NCBI RefSeq assembly: GCF_004010195.1
Contig: NC_057720.1
Coordinates: 8,486,164 to 8,550,163, forward strand
Direction: 5' to 3'
Origin: Chiloscyllium plagiosum
Lineage: Eukaryota
DNA: 64,000 nt
In this document: piece by piece, positions 1-12,265 of the stretch
Layout: the number at the start of each line of letters is the position of its first letter
Numbering within the stretch: position 1 is the stretch's first letter
Notes under the pieces: generated by a model
What the model was told of the DNA's origin: nothing
The model's database searches: none
The model's input: only the letters and a program-made list of their open reading frames with translations
Made by a program: the position numbers and the translations under genes

Positions 1-771
1 GGGCTGTTATGAGTGAGCAATAAATGTTGACGTCTGCAGCAATGTCCACATCCCTTGAAAATATAAACTAAAATCTAAGTTCAAGTCTCTCTTATCTTTA
101 CGTCAGATCTACAATACTCAAACAGGTTCCTTTTTTTTAAATCTCTGGACTGCTTAGTGCTGTTGATTAATTGAGCTAACTGATTAATTGTTATGCTGGC
201 ACTGCAGAATCATGTGCTTATTCCAGGGCTTGCTGTTTTTTTGTTGAATTTCACTCGAAGTGATTCATTCTCTATTATCAGAGCTGCTGGAATGTGCAAT
301 GTCTTCAGGTGCTGATGGATGGAGGCTGTTTGCTCTCTCTGCAGCAACCGAGGTGTAACCTCAACAAACCTTCAAATGAAGCAGCTACTGCAATTGATTA
401 GCCTGGTTTGCTCAGATCCAGGAATATGTTTTTTTTTAGCGTGGAGCTGTTTCACACTGACCGAGCCCAGGGTTGGAGAGAATAAATTGCAGTAGCTATT
501 TTAAGAAAACCAAATCCAAGAGGGATACAGTTTCAGGCAGTCAGATTCCTCTGGGATGCACACCTTTGGGACATTGGGTTTGAAGTAACGGTGGTCTCAC
601 AGCTGAGAGCACCTTCAAACTCAAATAGGAACGTCAATTCTTCAGCGAGGAGATCTCTCCGGGGATGTTCACTCTCTCTCTTTCTCTGTTCCCTTACAAT
701 CCTTCAACTGTACAGACACAGTTTGTTTTGCAGTAATAGTCTTTTGCTTTGTTCTTTGCCTGACCTTTCAG

Positions 772-798
772 TTTAGCCCAGGTTGGTGATGGTTTCGG
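772..798 (+). other. Candidate 27-nt cassette microexon (host gene unknown)
   Basis: Pyrimidine-rich acceptor ttttgctttgttctttgcctgacctttcAG (AG 770-771), 27 nt, then strong donor CGG|GTAAGT. One phase is open (LAQVGDGFG). The peptide is not recognised. Confidence 0.35.
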
Positions 799-1057
799 GT
801 AAGTCATGGGTGACTCGCTGAACTCTTTGCCTTCTATTCTTTGTCTTAACTTTATTTCTTTCCTGTTTTTGGGCTGGAACAGCACCTATTCATCACTTGA
901 CCTTCCAGACCACCTCCAACTTTTATTTTATTTCTTCCCCATATTCCCTTTGGCTCTGCATCATCAACTTTTTTTTAATCATTTAATATCTCCTGTATTC
1001 TGCCCTATCATAAATTATCCTTAATCGTTTCTCTCATGCACTCATCCATTCGGCCTT

Positions 1058-1272
1058 GGGGTTTGGTTGACAAGTTGCATGGAAGGTTGGCTTTCAATGC
1101 ACTCTAACCAGCAACATAGGTTCAATTCCCATACTTGCTGAGGTTACCATGAAGGTGTCACCTTCTCAGCCTCTCCCGTGTCTGAGATGAGGTGACCCTC
1201 AGGTTAAGTCAGCACCAGTTGTCTCACTGGAGAGAGAGAGAGAGCGCCATGGTGATTTTACCTTTTACCTTT
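1058..1272 (+). mobile_element. tRNA-derived SINE (family with tttacc-repeat tail)
   Basis: B-box-like ggttcaattccc, body gctgaggttaccatgaagg...gtgaccctcaggttaa, tail tttaccttttacc. Related copies at ~14645-14860 (-) and ~55065-55240 (+). Confidence 0.65.
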
Positions 1273-1509
1273 TATGCTTCTCAATTTGCTCAAGTTTTGA
1301 ATTAAAACTTCAAACGCTAACTCTGTCTTTCTCTCCAGGGCTGCTACCAGACCCCTGTTGTGTATTTCCAGCAATTTCTGGTTTTATTTATGCTCTGTCC
1401 TGTTTGTGTCAGCTCTAACTGCAATATTATCGATTTCTCTTTACTTCTTTTCCAACCAAGAATCAGTATTCTGGGTGACTGACTGATGGGCTCACAGAGA
1501 ATAAAGAGG

Positions 1510-1805
1510 AAGGATAGATTTGCATTCACAGAGTACCCTGTCATGATCTCAAGCAATCCTAAGGCACTTTACTTATGACAAAATACTTTCAAAGTTGTAT
1601 TCTGAGAAACCTGGCAACCAATGTGTAGACAACAGGAACTAGCAAATAGCAACAGCTTAAGAATCAGAGTTGTTTTTTGGAGGGATAGTTATTGGCCAGA
1701 AGGTCTGGTGAATTCTATTGTTTCTCACTTTCTGAATCGCGCTGCAGGATTCTTTACTTATACCTGAGAGTAAAGATGGAACTTTGGCTTCACATCAAAC
1801 TGTGG
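1510..1805 (-). mobile_element. Deu-domain SINE (SacSINE1/AmnSINE-like), degenerate
   Basis: The reverse complement follows the recalled Deu core and tail (ggccaata..tatccctc, ttggttgcc..gtttc, aatgcaa..ct..cc). Confidence 0.55.
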
Positions 1806-2439
1806 ATTCCATGAGGGGTTGAATTTCCTGCTCCTGCTCCTTGCAGTTGTGTACTTCTTACTCTCTCAGCAGGAGACATCAAGCGGGATAGTATCGGGCT
1901 AACCGGGGGCCTCATCAGCTAGCTGGATGGCTGGAATGATCCCTGTGTCACCTCCATTGAGGAAGACCCACCATATTAATCAGCAACACCAGGGCCAGCA
2001 CTGCACTCATCAGAGCTCAGGACCAGCGAGCTTAGGCTGCAAAAAGCAGGGTAGGATGGTAGCTGAGGGGAGTAGGGTCACTGTTTGAGCAGTGGGAGAG
2101 GATTCGGAAGAAAGGGCGGTCAGTGGACCTCAATCCTCTCTTCCTCACATGAAGTCCCTCAAACAGGTGATGAACATATTTGAAAGAGAGCATCCACAAT
2201 CTCCCTCCATAGTTTTGCGGTTTTGTGTATGGTGACTACCAATGACAGGTCAGGGACCCTACCCTCTTCAAAGGCCCCATTTGGCATTATGGCTCAGAGA
2301 GTCGGAGCTCTAGGTCAGCAGTGGGAGGCTGTTGGGAGAGAGAAGGTTGTGAGTTCAAATCCCTGCCTCCAGTTATTTGTCTCTTTCCCCTTTGGCATCA
2401 GGGCAGGATGCCACCAATGAACTTTCTTGGTGGATTTAC

Positions 2440-2644
2440 CCATACAAGCAGTTGCGTTCATGTGTAACCCCACATTATAGAAAAATCGTGACCTGGATAC
2501 AGCACTTAAAGTGTTGGTTATGTAATTGCATTACCACCAACACACGCTTTAAAATTTCGTGCTCTAGAAACAATATCCCGAATTTGTCAATCGCGTTACA
2601 CCAAATTTGCGTTGATGAAATGGGCATTATAGCAGAACGACCTG
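2440..2644. mobile_element. Degenerate Tc1/mariner (Tigger-like) MITE
   Basis: Right end ...cattatagcagaacgacctg followed by TA (TIR reads CAGGTCGTTCTGCTATAA inward). Internal repeated cattata/cgtta motifs; left end decayed. Confidence 0.5.
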
Positions 2645-2765
2645 TACCTGGTAACTCTGAGATGGTGTCGCTGGGTATCATCAATAGCGTTTTAAATTTC
2701 AGATTATTTGTTCAGAGGTGCTGAATTATTTTGATCAGTTCCTGGGATGAATCTTTTGCTTAATG

Positions 2766-3650
2766 AGAACATAAGAACACAACAATAAGCAATTCAGCCC
2801 TTGAGCCTGTTCTGCCATTTTATATACTCACGGTCGATCTCATCTCAGCCTTAACTTCACTTTCCTGCCAAATCCTCATAACTCTTCAACCCGTTACTAA
2901 TTAAAAATCTGTCTAATTCTTCTGAAATTTAATCAATGTCCCAACATTCAGTGCATTCTGTAGTAGTGAATTCCATAGACTCATGACCCTTTGGGGAAAA
3001 TAATTCCTCCTCAACTCTGTTCTAAATCTGCAAGCCCTTATCCTAAAACTATGACCTTTTGATCTAGATTGCCCCAAAAGAGAAAGCATCCTCTCTCCAT
3101 CTACTTTGTCAATCTCCTTTAGCATCTTATACAGAACAACCTTGGTTATCTGAACGAGATCGACAGGGAGTATTTTGTTCGGATAACTGAGAGTTCAGAT
3201 AACGGATTGTTCGGATGGGTAACATTTTTATGGGAACTTGAGATCTTGTTCGGATAATCCAAAATTCAGATAACTGATGTTCAGATAACCGAGGTTGTTC
3301 TGTATATCTCAATTAGAACTCCTTTCAATCTTCTAAACTCCAGCGAGTAAAGGACTAAATTGCTCAAGCTTTTCTTATGAGGTATGTCTTTCATTGAGGT
3401 GTAGAGTAATAGAGCACAGAAACAGACCTTTCGGTCCAACCAGTCCATGCCAAACATCATCCCAAACTAAATTAGACCCACCTGCCTGCTCCTGTGCTTT
3501 CTACTTCTGGTATTAATCTTGCGAATCTTCTCTGAACTGTTTCCAATGCAGTTATGTCCTTCCTCAAGAAAGGGGAACAAAAAATGTACACAGTGCTCCA
3601 GGTGTGGTTTCACCACTGCCTTCAAGAGTTGCAACAAGAGTTCCACATTT
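2766..3650 (-). mobile_element. CR1 LINE 3' portion (interrupted by a MITE)
   Basis: ORFs 2913-3125 and 3467-3658 translate to CR1 ORF2 C-terminal motifs (PHLEHCVHF, SRSKGHSFRIR, ELRRNYFPQRV). 3' tail near 2766. Confidence 0.85.
3132..3302. mobile_element. Tc1/mariner (Tigger/pogo-like) MITE, 171 bp
   Basis: 24-bp TIRs cagaacaaccttggttatctgaac / gttcagataaccgaggttgttctg (1 mismatch), TA on both sides (3130-3131, 3303-3304), internal gttc(a/g)gataa repeats. The CR1 host is continuous across it. Confidence 0.9.
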
Positions 3651-3894
3651 TTATGCAAGGGATTTTATACTTGTGCTGAGGAAAGATTGAGCAGGCTGGG
3701 TCTGTATTTTTGGAATTGTGAAGTATGACTGGTGGCTCCTGCTGAAACATATAATGATGTGCAGGGACTTGACAGAGTGGATGCAGATAGTACTTTTTTT
3801 TCATAAGGATTGGGAGTGGGGACAATAGTTTCAAAATAAGGATTCTCTCATTTAAAAATGAGTTGAAGGGGAGTTTCTTCTCCCTGAGGCTCAT

Positions 3895-4754
3895 TGGTGT
3901 TATCCCAGATTCCAGAATGATAGCTGCCCTGATAGATAATTTAAAAAAAAATTAACGAGGTGGTCTTTCACCGAAACGTGTACACGAAATGCTGCTGATC
4001 TGGTTTTAGCAATAAACGTTCATGGTGGAAAAGAAAAAATAAATAGAATAAATCAGGCTGTTTATGTCGAATACAATGTGAAAGATTTCAAAACAGAAAG
4101 TTAAGTATATAATGTTTCATTCACCCAGAACTCTCTAAATCTAGGACTCAATAACCAGAGAGAATCTACTTCTCTGCCAGATCTATGTATATATTTGACT
4201 GAACTGTCTTTGATTCCTGATGGCCTCTCTTTTGGGTATTCAAATAACTGTGCTTAAACTTTCTCAGCTTCAAATGAACCTTTCAGGGTTCCAATCAAAT
4301 ACTTCTGGTCTGCAGCTTTCAAACTCCAACCCTTTATGCTGAGGTAAACTTTTTCCTAACTTTTCAGAACTAACACCTTTGGCTGGGAGAAAATGTTTCA
4401 AATATTTGACTTCAATTTCTACAGACTGAAGCTTTCTAGGCTTTGGGTTTTCCCTTAGCAAAAATATTTAAAAAACCTCCTGATCCTTCTAACTGATAGC
4501 GAGCTAATGTTCTTCAATTTTACTCCAGCTCTCCCAGCCACTAATAAAACTATCTCATTGCAAACAAAACCCCATTATCACAACAGGGAGCCTCTCTCTC
4601 TCTCTCTCTCATACTAGTTTAAAATAAATCATGACTTCAGAAATACAGACAAGATAATCATTAAACTCCTTCCTACACACAGACCAATCTACAAATGCCA
4701 CTTCTTCAAAATTCAAATGTTAGAACAAATGACATAATTAGTACAAACCTGACA
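3895..4754. mobile_element. Probable solo LTR inserted in a CR1 fragment
   Basis: Starts TG, ends CA, flanked by a 4-bp duplication tcat (3891-3894, 4755-4758). The plus-strand CR1 3' region (~3665-3894) resumes at 4755 and runs to ~4975. Confidence 0.6.
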
Positions 4755-5039
4755 TCATTTGTCTTTGAAATTTTCTTTCCCAGGGAACAGAAGGGGTTGG
4801 GTTATTGAATGTATTCAAGGCCAAATTAGATAGATTATTTGATGCAAAGGAGTCAAAAGTTAAGGGGCATAAAGTGGTGTGCTGTTAAGGCTACAATCAA
4901 ATCAGCTGTGATCTCCCTGAAGAATAGAATGGGCTCAAGAGGCTGAATGGCCCACTCCTGCTGTTATTTCTCATCATTTTGACAGCAAAGAAGAAATGGG
5001 AAGAAAAGTCCCAGTGCCCTTGAAGTCGTAAATCAGAAA

Positions 5040-5770
5040 TGTTCTCCACATTTTGCCACTGCAGGAAGTATAAAACCTGTGTCTCACCTCCCCACTCACC
5101 TCCGTTCAAGGCCCCAAAGGATCTTTTCACATCCAGCAGAGACTTTCCTACACATCCACCCACCTCATCTACTGTGTCCATTGCTCTCAATGTGATCTCC
5201 TCTACATCGGGTGGATAGGACGGCAACTCGTGGAGCGTTTCAGGAAAATCTCTGGCATCAAACAAACTCACAGCCCTGTGGCTGACCACTTCAAATACCG
5301 CCCCCCCCCCCCCCAACTCTACCAAGAACATGCAAGTCCTGGGCCTCACCATCACTAAATCCAAGCCACCCGACAACTGAAGGAAGAGCACCTGAAATTC
5401 CACCTTGGGACTCTTCAACCACTTGGCATCAATGTCGACTTCACCAGTTTCCAAATCTCCCCTCTTCCCAACTCATCCCAGATCCAACTCACCAACTTGG
5501 CACCGCCCTCTTGACTTGCCCTGCCTGTCTATCTTCCTTCTCACTTATTCACTGCACCCTCCCTACCTACCTATCTCAATCATTCCCCATCTGCATCCAC
5601 AGTTGGCCTTACCAGCTACTCCCCCCCACCGACACCATCCTATTTATTATCTCAGCCCCTTCCTCCTCACATTCCTGATGAAGGGCTTATGCCAAAAGCA
5701 TCGACTCTCCTGCTCCTCGAATACTGCCTGATCTGCTATGCTTTTCCAGCGGCACACTTTTTGACTCAGT
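5040..5770 (+). mobile_element. Penelope-like element 3' fragment (GIY-YIG region plus pLTR), decayed
   Basis: Homologous to the PLE at 20889-22461. Ends in a degenerate hammerhead ctgatgaagggcttatgccaaaagc (from 5675). Confidence 0.85.
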
Positions 5771-6326
5771 ATAAAACCTACAAATGTGAGGGAAGCTCAA
5801 ACGCCATTATTAGCCAAAATGTTTCGGATTCTAGAGCAAGTAACAACCCATTGAAAATTGCCCTTTGTTCTCAAATTTAAAATAATGCCAACCAGAATTA
5901 TTAACCTTACCCTCTGGGATGTTTTAGAATTAAGATAAATTGGTAGTTCAGTTCCTTCTCAGTATCAAATTCATTAATGGTCCCAAGATACCACGAAGCA
6001 ATGAGTTCTCTCTCTATCCTGGACAATATCTTGATTGTTGCACTCAATGACATATCTTGATCCAATGATAGATAGACAATGCAAACAGTGATGTAACTTA
6101 CTGAGTTTCTCCAGCAATTTCTGATTTTTGATGGTTTCAGATCTCCAGTGTCTGCAGTTTTTTGTTTTATTTTACTGTTCCTTGCGACTATGCTCTTTTG
6201 TTGTGCTGAAAATGGCTGCCACTTTATTCATTGCATGTGAAGCACAATGAGATTGCATTTTTAATGGGTCCAGTGGTTATTTCTCACTTCAGCAAGCAAA
6301 CTGCTCCTGGGTCATACAGCAAAGTT

Positions 6327-6856
6327 TGAAATAACTCCACAGAGGCCGGAATGCCATCACCAAATCACCCTTTTTTGACACATGGAGAGCCCTTGACACT
6401 GATCGAGCTCCCAGTGAACACAATGTCAGACACTCCTGTTTAATCTTTTCTAGATTCCCTACAGTGTGGAAACAGGCACCTCGGTCCAACAAGTCCACAC
6501 CAACCCTCTGAAGAGTAACCCACCCAGCCCACTTCCCTCTGACTAAAGCACCTAACACTACGGGCAATTTAGCATGGCCAATTCACCTAATCTGCACATC
6601 TTTGGACTGTGGGAGGAAACCGGAGCACCCAGAGGAAACCCATGCAGACACGGGGAGAACGTGCAAACTGCACACAGACAGTCACTCGAGGCTGGATTCG
6701 AGCCTGGGTCCCTGGTGCTAACCACTGAGCCACCGTGCAGCCCACTCCTGTTTATATCTGTCAGCCAGGATCCCTGATTGGACCAGATTAACTGCCCCAA
6801 TCAAGGAACTCATATTCTATGAGGTCCACCTGGCTGACCTCGTTACAATCACTACA
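6327..6856 (-). mobile_element. Solo LTR (5-bp TSD) interrupted by an HE1 SINE
   Basis: TG...CA ends with aagtt duplicated at 6322-6326 and 6857-6861. Same LTR family as 41574-41845. Confidence 0.85.
6445..6742 (-). mobile_element. HE1-type V-SINE
   Basis: The reverse complement gives tRNA head ggtggctcagtggttagcac...ggctcgaatcc, V-type core and CR1-like tail. cactcctgttta is duplicated on both sides. Confidence 0.9.
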
Positions 6857-9284
6857 AAGTTCAGATGGGGCAACTCCTTCTCAGCATACAATGGATTTAT
6901 AGGAAGTGTCTTCTATTCAACAATCAAATTGAAATTAGCTGCTGCAAAAGTAGCGGCTCAGAATGAAGTATATAAAATTATTATGAAGAGACTATTTATA
7001 GTCATGTTGCACGGAGCAGTCAGAAGATACATTTGCCCCACATCAGAATCAAAGGCGTTACATGCCAGTTAGGTACCGTGGGATGCCAATTATGGTGTTT
7101 GATATCAGTAATGAGCGTGTGTTCATGCGAAATGCCTCTGTCAGTTCTTTTGATGAAGATGGCCAAAGTAACTTCTTGCAAATCCTTTGTTGTCTTTGAT
7201 ACTAATACTGCACAGTGCGAATGTTTGTGTTTCACTCTGTTGGAGCATGGCAGAAAGGAATAATTGACTGGAACATTTTACTATGATGGGCTGTATCCAT
7301 GGGTATGTATCTCTGAACTTTTTACAGTTTAATTTTCATGCAAGACAAAATTCAACATCCAACAGTGATGGCAAGAATCCGAATTTCTTTGCGGCAGGGA
7401 ATCAAATCAGGCAATGGACAGGAAATGGAATTGGACAGCTGATGGGAACACGATTATACGACAGACAGGAAGTGCAATGGACACCAGACGTGTGTGAAGG
7501 ACAGGAATGTTGCTTTGTGCGATGGATAGGATAAAGAATTTATAATACACAGCCAATGTGCATTAAATATACCACTTGTAATGGAATGGACTAATGGGAT
7601 ACACCATCTGGAAGTGTGGTGGAGGCAGGTTCCACTGCAGCATTCAGGAAGGCATTGCACGATTATGTGCATGGGAAAACTTTACAAGGTTAGAGATAAA
7701 AAACAGAAGATTAGAACTCGTCAATGATGCCCATTTAATGAGCTGGTACAGAACCAATGGGCTGAATGGCTTCCTTCTGCAGTGAAACACTTCTGCGATT
7801 CTGTGATTTATTCTGGAAAAGTATGTGAGCAGTGTTTTTGCCCTGGCAGATCTGTCTCAGAATGTGAAATGGGCCATTTCTAAGATAACAATGAAAGTAA
7901 AGTCAGCAAACTAATTTCTGAGCACATCAAAATGAAAGATGTGCCTTTTTATATTTATCTTCTAAATTACAGGAAATGCAAATAACAGTAAAGTATGAGC
8001 TGTAATGGCAGCGTTGAAGAATTAAGCATTGAATGTGATTAACTCTTCAATACATTATCATTTCCAGAACTAAAGGTCTTCCCAAAACAAAACATGCAAT
8101 CTAGGGAGTGGGTATTGGGAAATGTTACTGCAACACACTGATTGATGGGTGGATATGTAATGTCTCCTGCACCCCTCAGGGTGAGAGGTCACTGACGGTG
8201 ATTTGCTATTCTGCGTTGCAGCTGTGAGTCAGTGGCTAGTGTCAATGTCTCTGAATTAGAAAGTTGAGGTCTCAAGCTTCACTACAGAGATGGCTCTCTT
8301 AATTGTGTTACTTAAAGAGTGCCTCGCTGTCAGAGGTGGGGGACTAAAATGTAACAGCCTACCCTGAGACGTTTGGAGGTATTTAATCAAGAGATAGGCC
8401 TTCCACCTCAAAGAGTACAGAATATTTGCTCCCCTCGCCTCGAGTTAAAGTTGGTAGTCTATTGTCATCCATGGTCACCATCATTTATATCCATTTTGGG
8501 TTTAGTGATCCCAAGGGTACGGAGATCATGTGTTGCTATTCCTCATTAACTGTTAAGATCAAAGGAAATTGGAGCAGAAGTAGGCCATTCAGCCTCTCGA
8601 GCCCATTCTTTCCCAAAATAAGACCACAACTGATATGATTGTGGTCTTAACGCTGGGGAGCAGTTTCTGGTGTTTCAAATGCCAGCGTCAAGGCCTGACA
8701 CAGACTTGGACATCCACTTTGGTGCCCCCACTCTTTGATCCAGAATTAGGTAATCATCACCAATGATTGGATTTGTGTTCTTTTTAAATTGTCATCCCAC
8801 TTCTAAGAATCTCCTGACAGACCCTCTGTGCGCTAGTGACAAAGTTAACCCTGTCCTTTCTTTATCCTGTTAAGGAGCTGATTCATTCATTCCAGATTGA
8901 CCTTCCAGCCACCCCATTGTTGTGGTAACCAGTCCTTGTACTGCACTGCCATCACTAACTTGCCATCACTGTTGGTGTTCAGAGGTTTTCTCAAATAATT
9001 ATGCACTTCTCCGCTGGACCACTGAAATTTACAACAGTCACATGATTTAAATGGCTCATTAGCAGTTTAAGAAACTCTGATTGATCTGTAGATAGGTTAT
9101 GCTTTGTGGTTACGTCTTTGATTGGCAAGATCAAAATTGCAAATTGTCCATTTGAAAAATAGAATGGCAGGTTATTCTAAATCTGAGAAGAGATTAAAAA
9201 AAACTGATCTCCTCTTGAAGAACATGAGCCTCATAATGTGAATAAAGTTTGGGTCATATTTTCTAGAGATTGTTATAATTTGGC

Positions 9285-9545
9285 AGATTAGATTCCCGAC
9301 AGTGTGAAAACAGGCCCTTTAGCCTAACAAGTCCACACCAACCCTCTGAAGAGCAATCCACTCAGACCCACTCACCACCAATGCACCTATCACTATGAGC
9401 AATTTAGCATGGCCAATTCACCTGACTCACACATCTTTGGACTGTGGGAGGAAACCCACGCAGACAGTTACCCAAAGTTAGAATCAAACACGGGTCCCTG
9501 GCGCTACGAGGCAGTAGTGCTAATCATTGAGCCACTGTGCCGGCG
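9285..9545 (-). mobile_element. HE1-type V-SINE (internally deleted)
   Basis: Same head, core and tail as the other HE1 copies. Confidence 0.85.
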
Positions 9546-9659
9546 GTGAATCCTTACTATTGGTTGGATTGAATTAACTTGATCAATCAAATGGTACTGT
9601 TTCTCTTCTCACACGGTAATGAAAAAAGAACTTTTGCACTTACATAGCACTTTGTATAC

Positions 9660-9795
9660 CTCTGCTCTGAGGATGGGTCACATGACCCGAAACATTAACT
9701 TTAATTTCTCTCCACAGACGCTGCTGGGCCTGCTGATCTTTTCCAGTGATTTCTGATTTTATCTCTGATTTACAGCATTCTTTTGGATTTTAGTT
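9660..9795 (+). mobile_element. PLE-derived mini element, family C, with near-intact hammerhead
   Basis: ctgagga-t-gggtca-ca-tgaccc-gaaac-att at 9667-9696, followed by the PLE pLTR tract cagacgctgctgggcctgctgatcttttccag. Confidence 0.7.
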
Positions 9796-10040
9796 TCTAT
9801 ATCCTTATGATTTTACAAGTGTTCAATGGCTAATGGATTCTTGTTATAATGCAAATAGGACTTGTTTTGCAAATTCACAATGCACCATGCCAGCAGAATT
9901 GTCAAAATCACCTACATTCTTTCCACAATTTCTCAATATGCGCAGGCCATTCTGGTCCTGAAGTGACTCTCTGACTGTCTCTTCCCCACTCCGAGAACTA
10001 AAACCGAAACACCCAAAGAGGAGCACCTCGCACTACAATC

Positions 10041-11251
10041 TGTTAAAAGGAGTGTGAGAAGGGGTGTAACTCGCTTTTCAGCAACTTCTAATGGTTAAAT
10101 AAAAGAAATCCCTGGCACTCACTTCACAATCAACTAGTGACAATTGATTTAACTAATTCTTAACAGTGAACAACTTAACTAAACTATTAACAAACTGAAC
10201 AATTGCTTCTAACTATTAAGTATTCCCAAATAATGCAAGATTTAAATGGCACGCTGTAGATAGGATAGTGAAGAAGGCGTTTGGTATGTTTTCCTTTATT
10301 GGTCAGAGAGTATTGAGTACAGGAGTTGGGAGGTCATGTTACAGCTGTATAGGACGTTGGTTAGGCCACTGTTGGAATATTGTGTGTAATTCTGGTCTCC
10401 TTCCTATCGGAAAGTGGGGGAGTCCAGAACTAGAGGATATAGGTTTAGGGTGAGAGGGGAAAGATATAAAAGAACCCTAAGGGGCAACTTTTTCACGCAG
10501 AGGGTGGTACATGTATGGAATGAGCTGTCAGATGGTGTGGTGGAGGCTTGTACAATTGCAACATTTAAGAGGCATTTGGATGGGTATATAAATAGGAAGG
10601 GTTTGGATCTGGTCGGCATGGATGGGTTGGACCGAAGGGTCTGTTTCCATGCTGTACAACTCTATGACTCTATGACTGTAAGTCCCACTCATATAACAAA
10701 AAATACAATTTGGTCTCAAAATTACTGCCAGGTTGTGTGTCTTCTAGAATGTTCTGTGTATTCCTCCATCGATCTTCAGTCAGGGACACCTTTTTCCTTC
10801 GATTCATCTGTCAGGAATGCTTTCTCTGTAGATTCTTCTGACAGGAGATTAGATGGTGTGCCACGATATAGTGGTTTATAGATAGTGCTTTCGATAACAG
10901 CTGAGAGCTGTTATCTCGAGCTGATGAAAAATTTTTGAACTGTTGATGACCTATCAACATTTGTACAATGGGATTGGTCCTCAGTTGTCAAAACCATCAG
11001 ATTTAAATTTGATGGGTTTTTGGTATCTAAGTGCCTGATTCAAATTGATTGTTAGATTCAGAACCTGTTGTCTTGGTAAAATTCCACTTGGTCTGCTAAC
11101 TGTATGGCTTTTCAATGCACATGTTTCTATTGTGTGCTCCTGCAAACCCCCCAAGCTGCTCACAGGCATTCCTGTTTAAATCTCTTAGCAAAGGAAAAAC
11201 ATCATCTTTTAAAGGGACCACACAATGCTTTCCTCATTTTACAATTTTACA
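10041..11251. mobile_element. Possible solo LTR / unclassified repeat containing a nested CR1
   Basis: tgttaaaa...ttttaca inverted termini and an imperfect flanking duplication (aatc/attc). CR1 nested at ~10258-10676. Confidence 0.35.
10258..10676 (+). mobile_element. CR1 (HER1-like) 3' fragment with internal deletions
   Basis: ESRTRGYRFRVRGERYK...FFTQRVVHVWNEL; tail ctctatgactctatgact. Confidence 0.9.
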
Positions 11252-11604
11252 ATTCTACAAACACCAATTTCACAACACAAGTACTCTATACTTTCACCCG
11301 TGGGTACACCATCACTCCATGACACATATACCAGGGAAGACTTGCACTCAATTCTTATGCAATGTCTCTCAGTTATTTTGCAGCACACCTTCAAGCAATG
11401 TGATGAATAAAGATCTTAGACTCAATCTTATCTGGGGACACTTCAGAATGTTTTGGTGTAGGGTGATCTGGGTGTGCCTTATGCATAAATCACAGAAGAC
11501 TTGATTGGAGGCACAGAAGGTCATAAGGAAGGCAAATGGAATTTTAGCATTTATTGTGAAAAGACTAGACAGTAAAAGTGAGAAAATGTTGCTACAGCAG
11601 ACCT

Positions 11605-11905
11605 GTAGGCACAGCGGCTTAGTGGTTAGCACTGCTGCCTCACAGCGCCAGGGATCCAGCCTCAATTCTCACCTCGGGTGGTTGTCTGTGTGAAGTTTGC
11701 ACATTCCCCCTGTGTCTGTATGGGTTTCCTCTAGGTGCTCTGGTTTCCTCCCACAATCTAAAGATATGCACCATGCTAAATTGCTCATAGTGCTAGGTGC
11801 ATTATTCAGGGGTAAATGTAGGGGAATGGGTCTGGGTGGATTATTCTTCGGAGGGTTGGTGTGGACTAGTTGGGCTGAATGGCCTGTTTCCACATTGTAG
11901 GGATT
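11605..11905 (+). mobile_element. HE1-type V-SINE
   Basis: tagtggttagcactgctgcctcacagcgccaggg head; tail ggcctgtttccacattgtagggattc. Sits in a CR1 fragment spanning ~11440-13125. Confidence 0.9.
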
Positions 11906-12265
11906 CATTCTTCTAAAACTGTTCAAGGCTTCACCTGGAGTATTATGTACAATTGTTTTCCTCTTGAGGAGGAAGACTTTTTTTTTCAATTCATTCGTGG
12001 AATGTGGATGTTGCTGGATAGAGCAGCATTTATTTCCCATCTATTAGCAGTCAACCAGTTTCTGTGGGTAACAGGTAGGCCAGACCAGGTTAGGACAACC
12101 ATTTCCTTCCTGAAGGAACATTAGTAAACCAGATGAGTCTTTTCAACATTGTCAATGGTTTCATGACCGTCATTAGACTCTTAATTCCAGATATTTATCA
12201 AATTCAAGTTCCATCGTCCGCCATAGAAGGACTCCCAGAACATCGCCTTGGTTTTTGAATTAATA

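Noticed and set aside
10921..10962. Hammerhead-like CTGATGA..GAAC plus hairpin
   Set aside because: Lacks the GAAA box, has no credible stem II loop or stem I pairing; likely chance.
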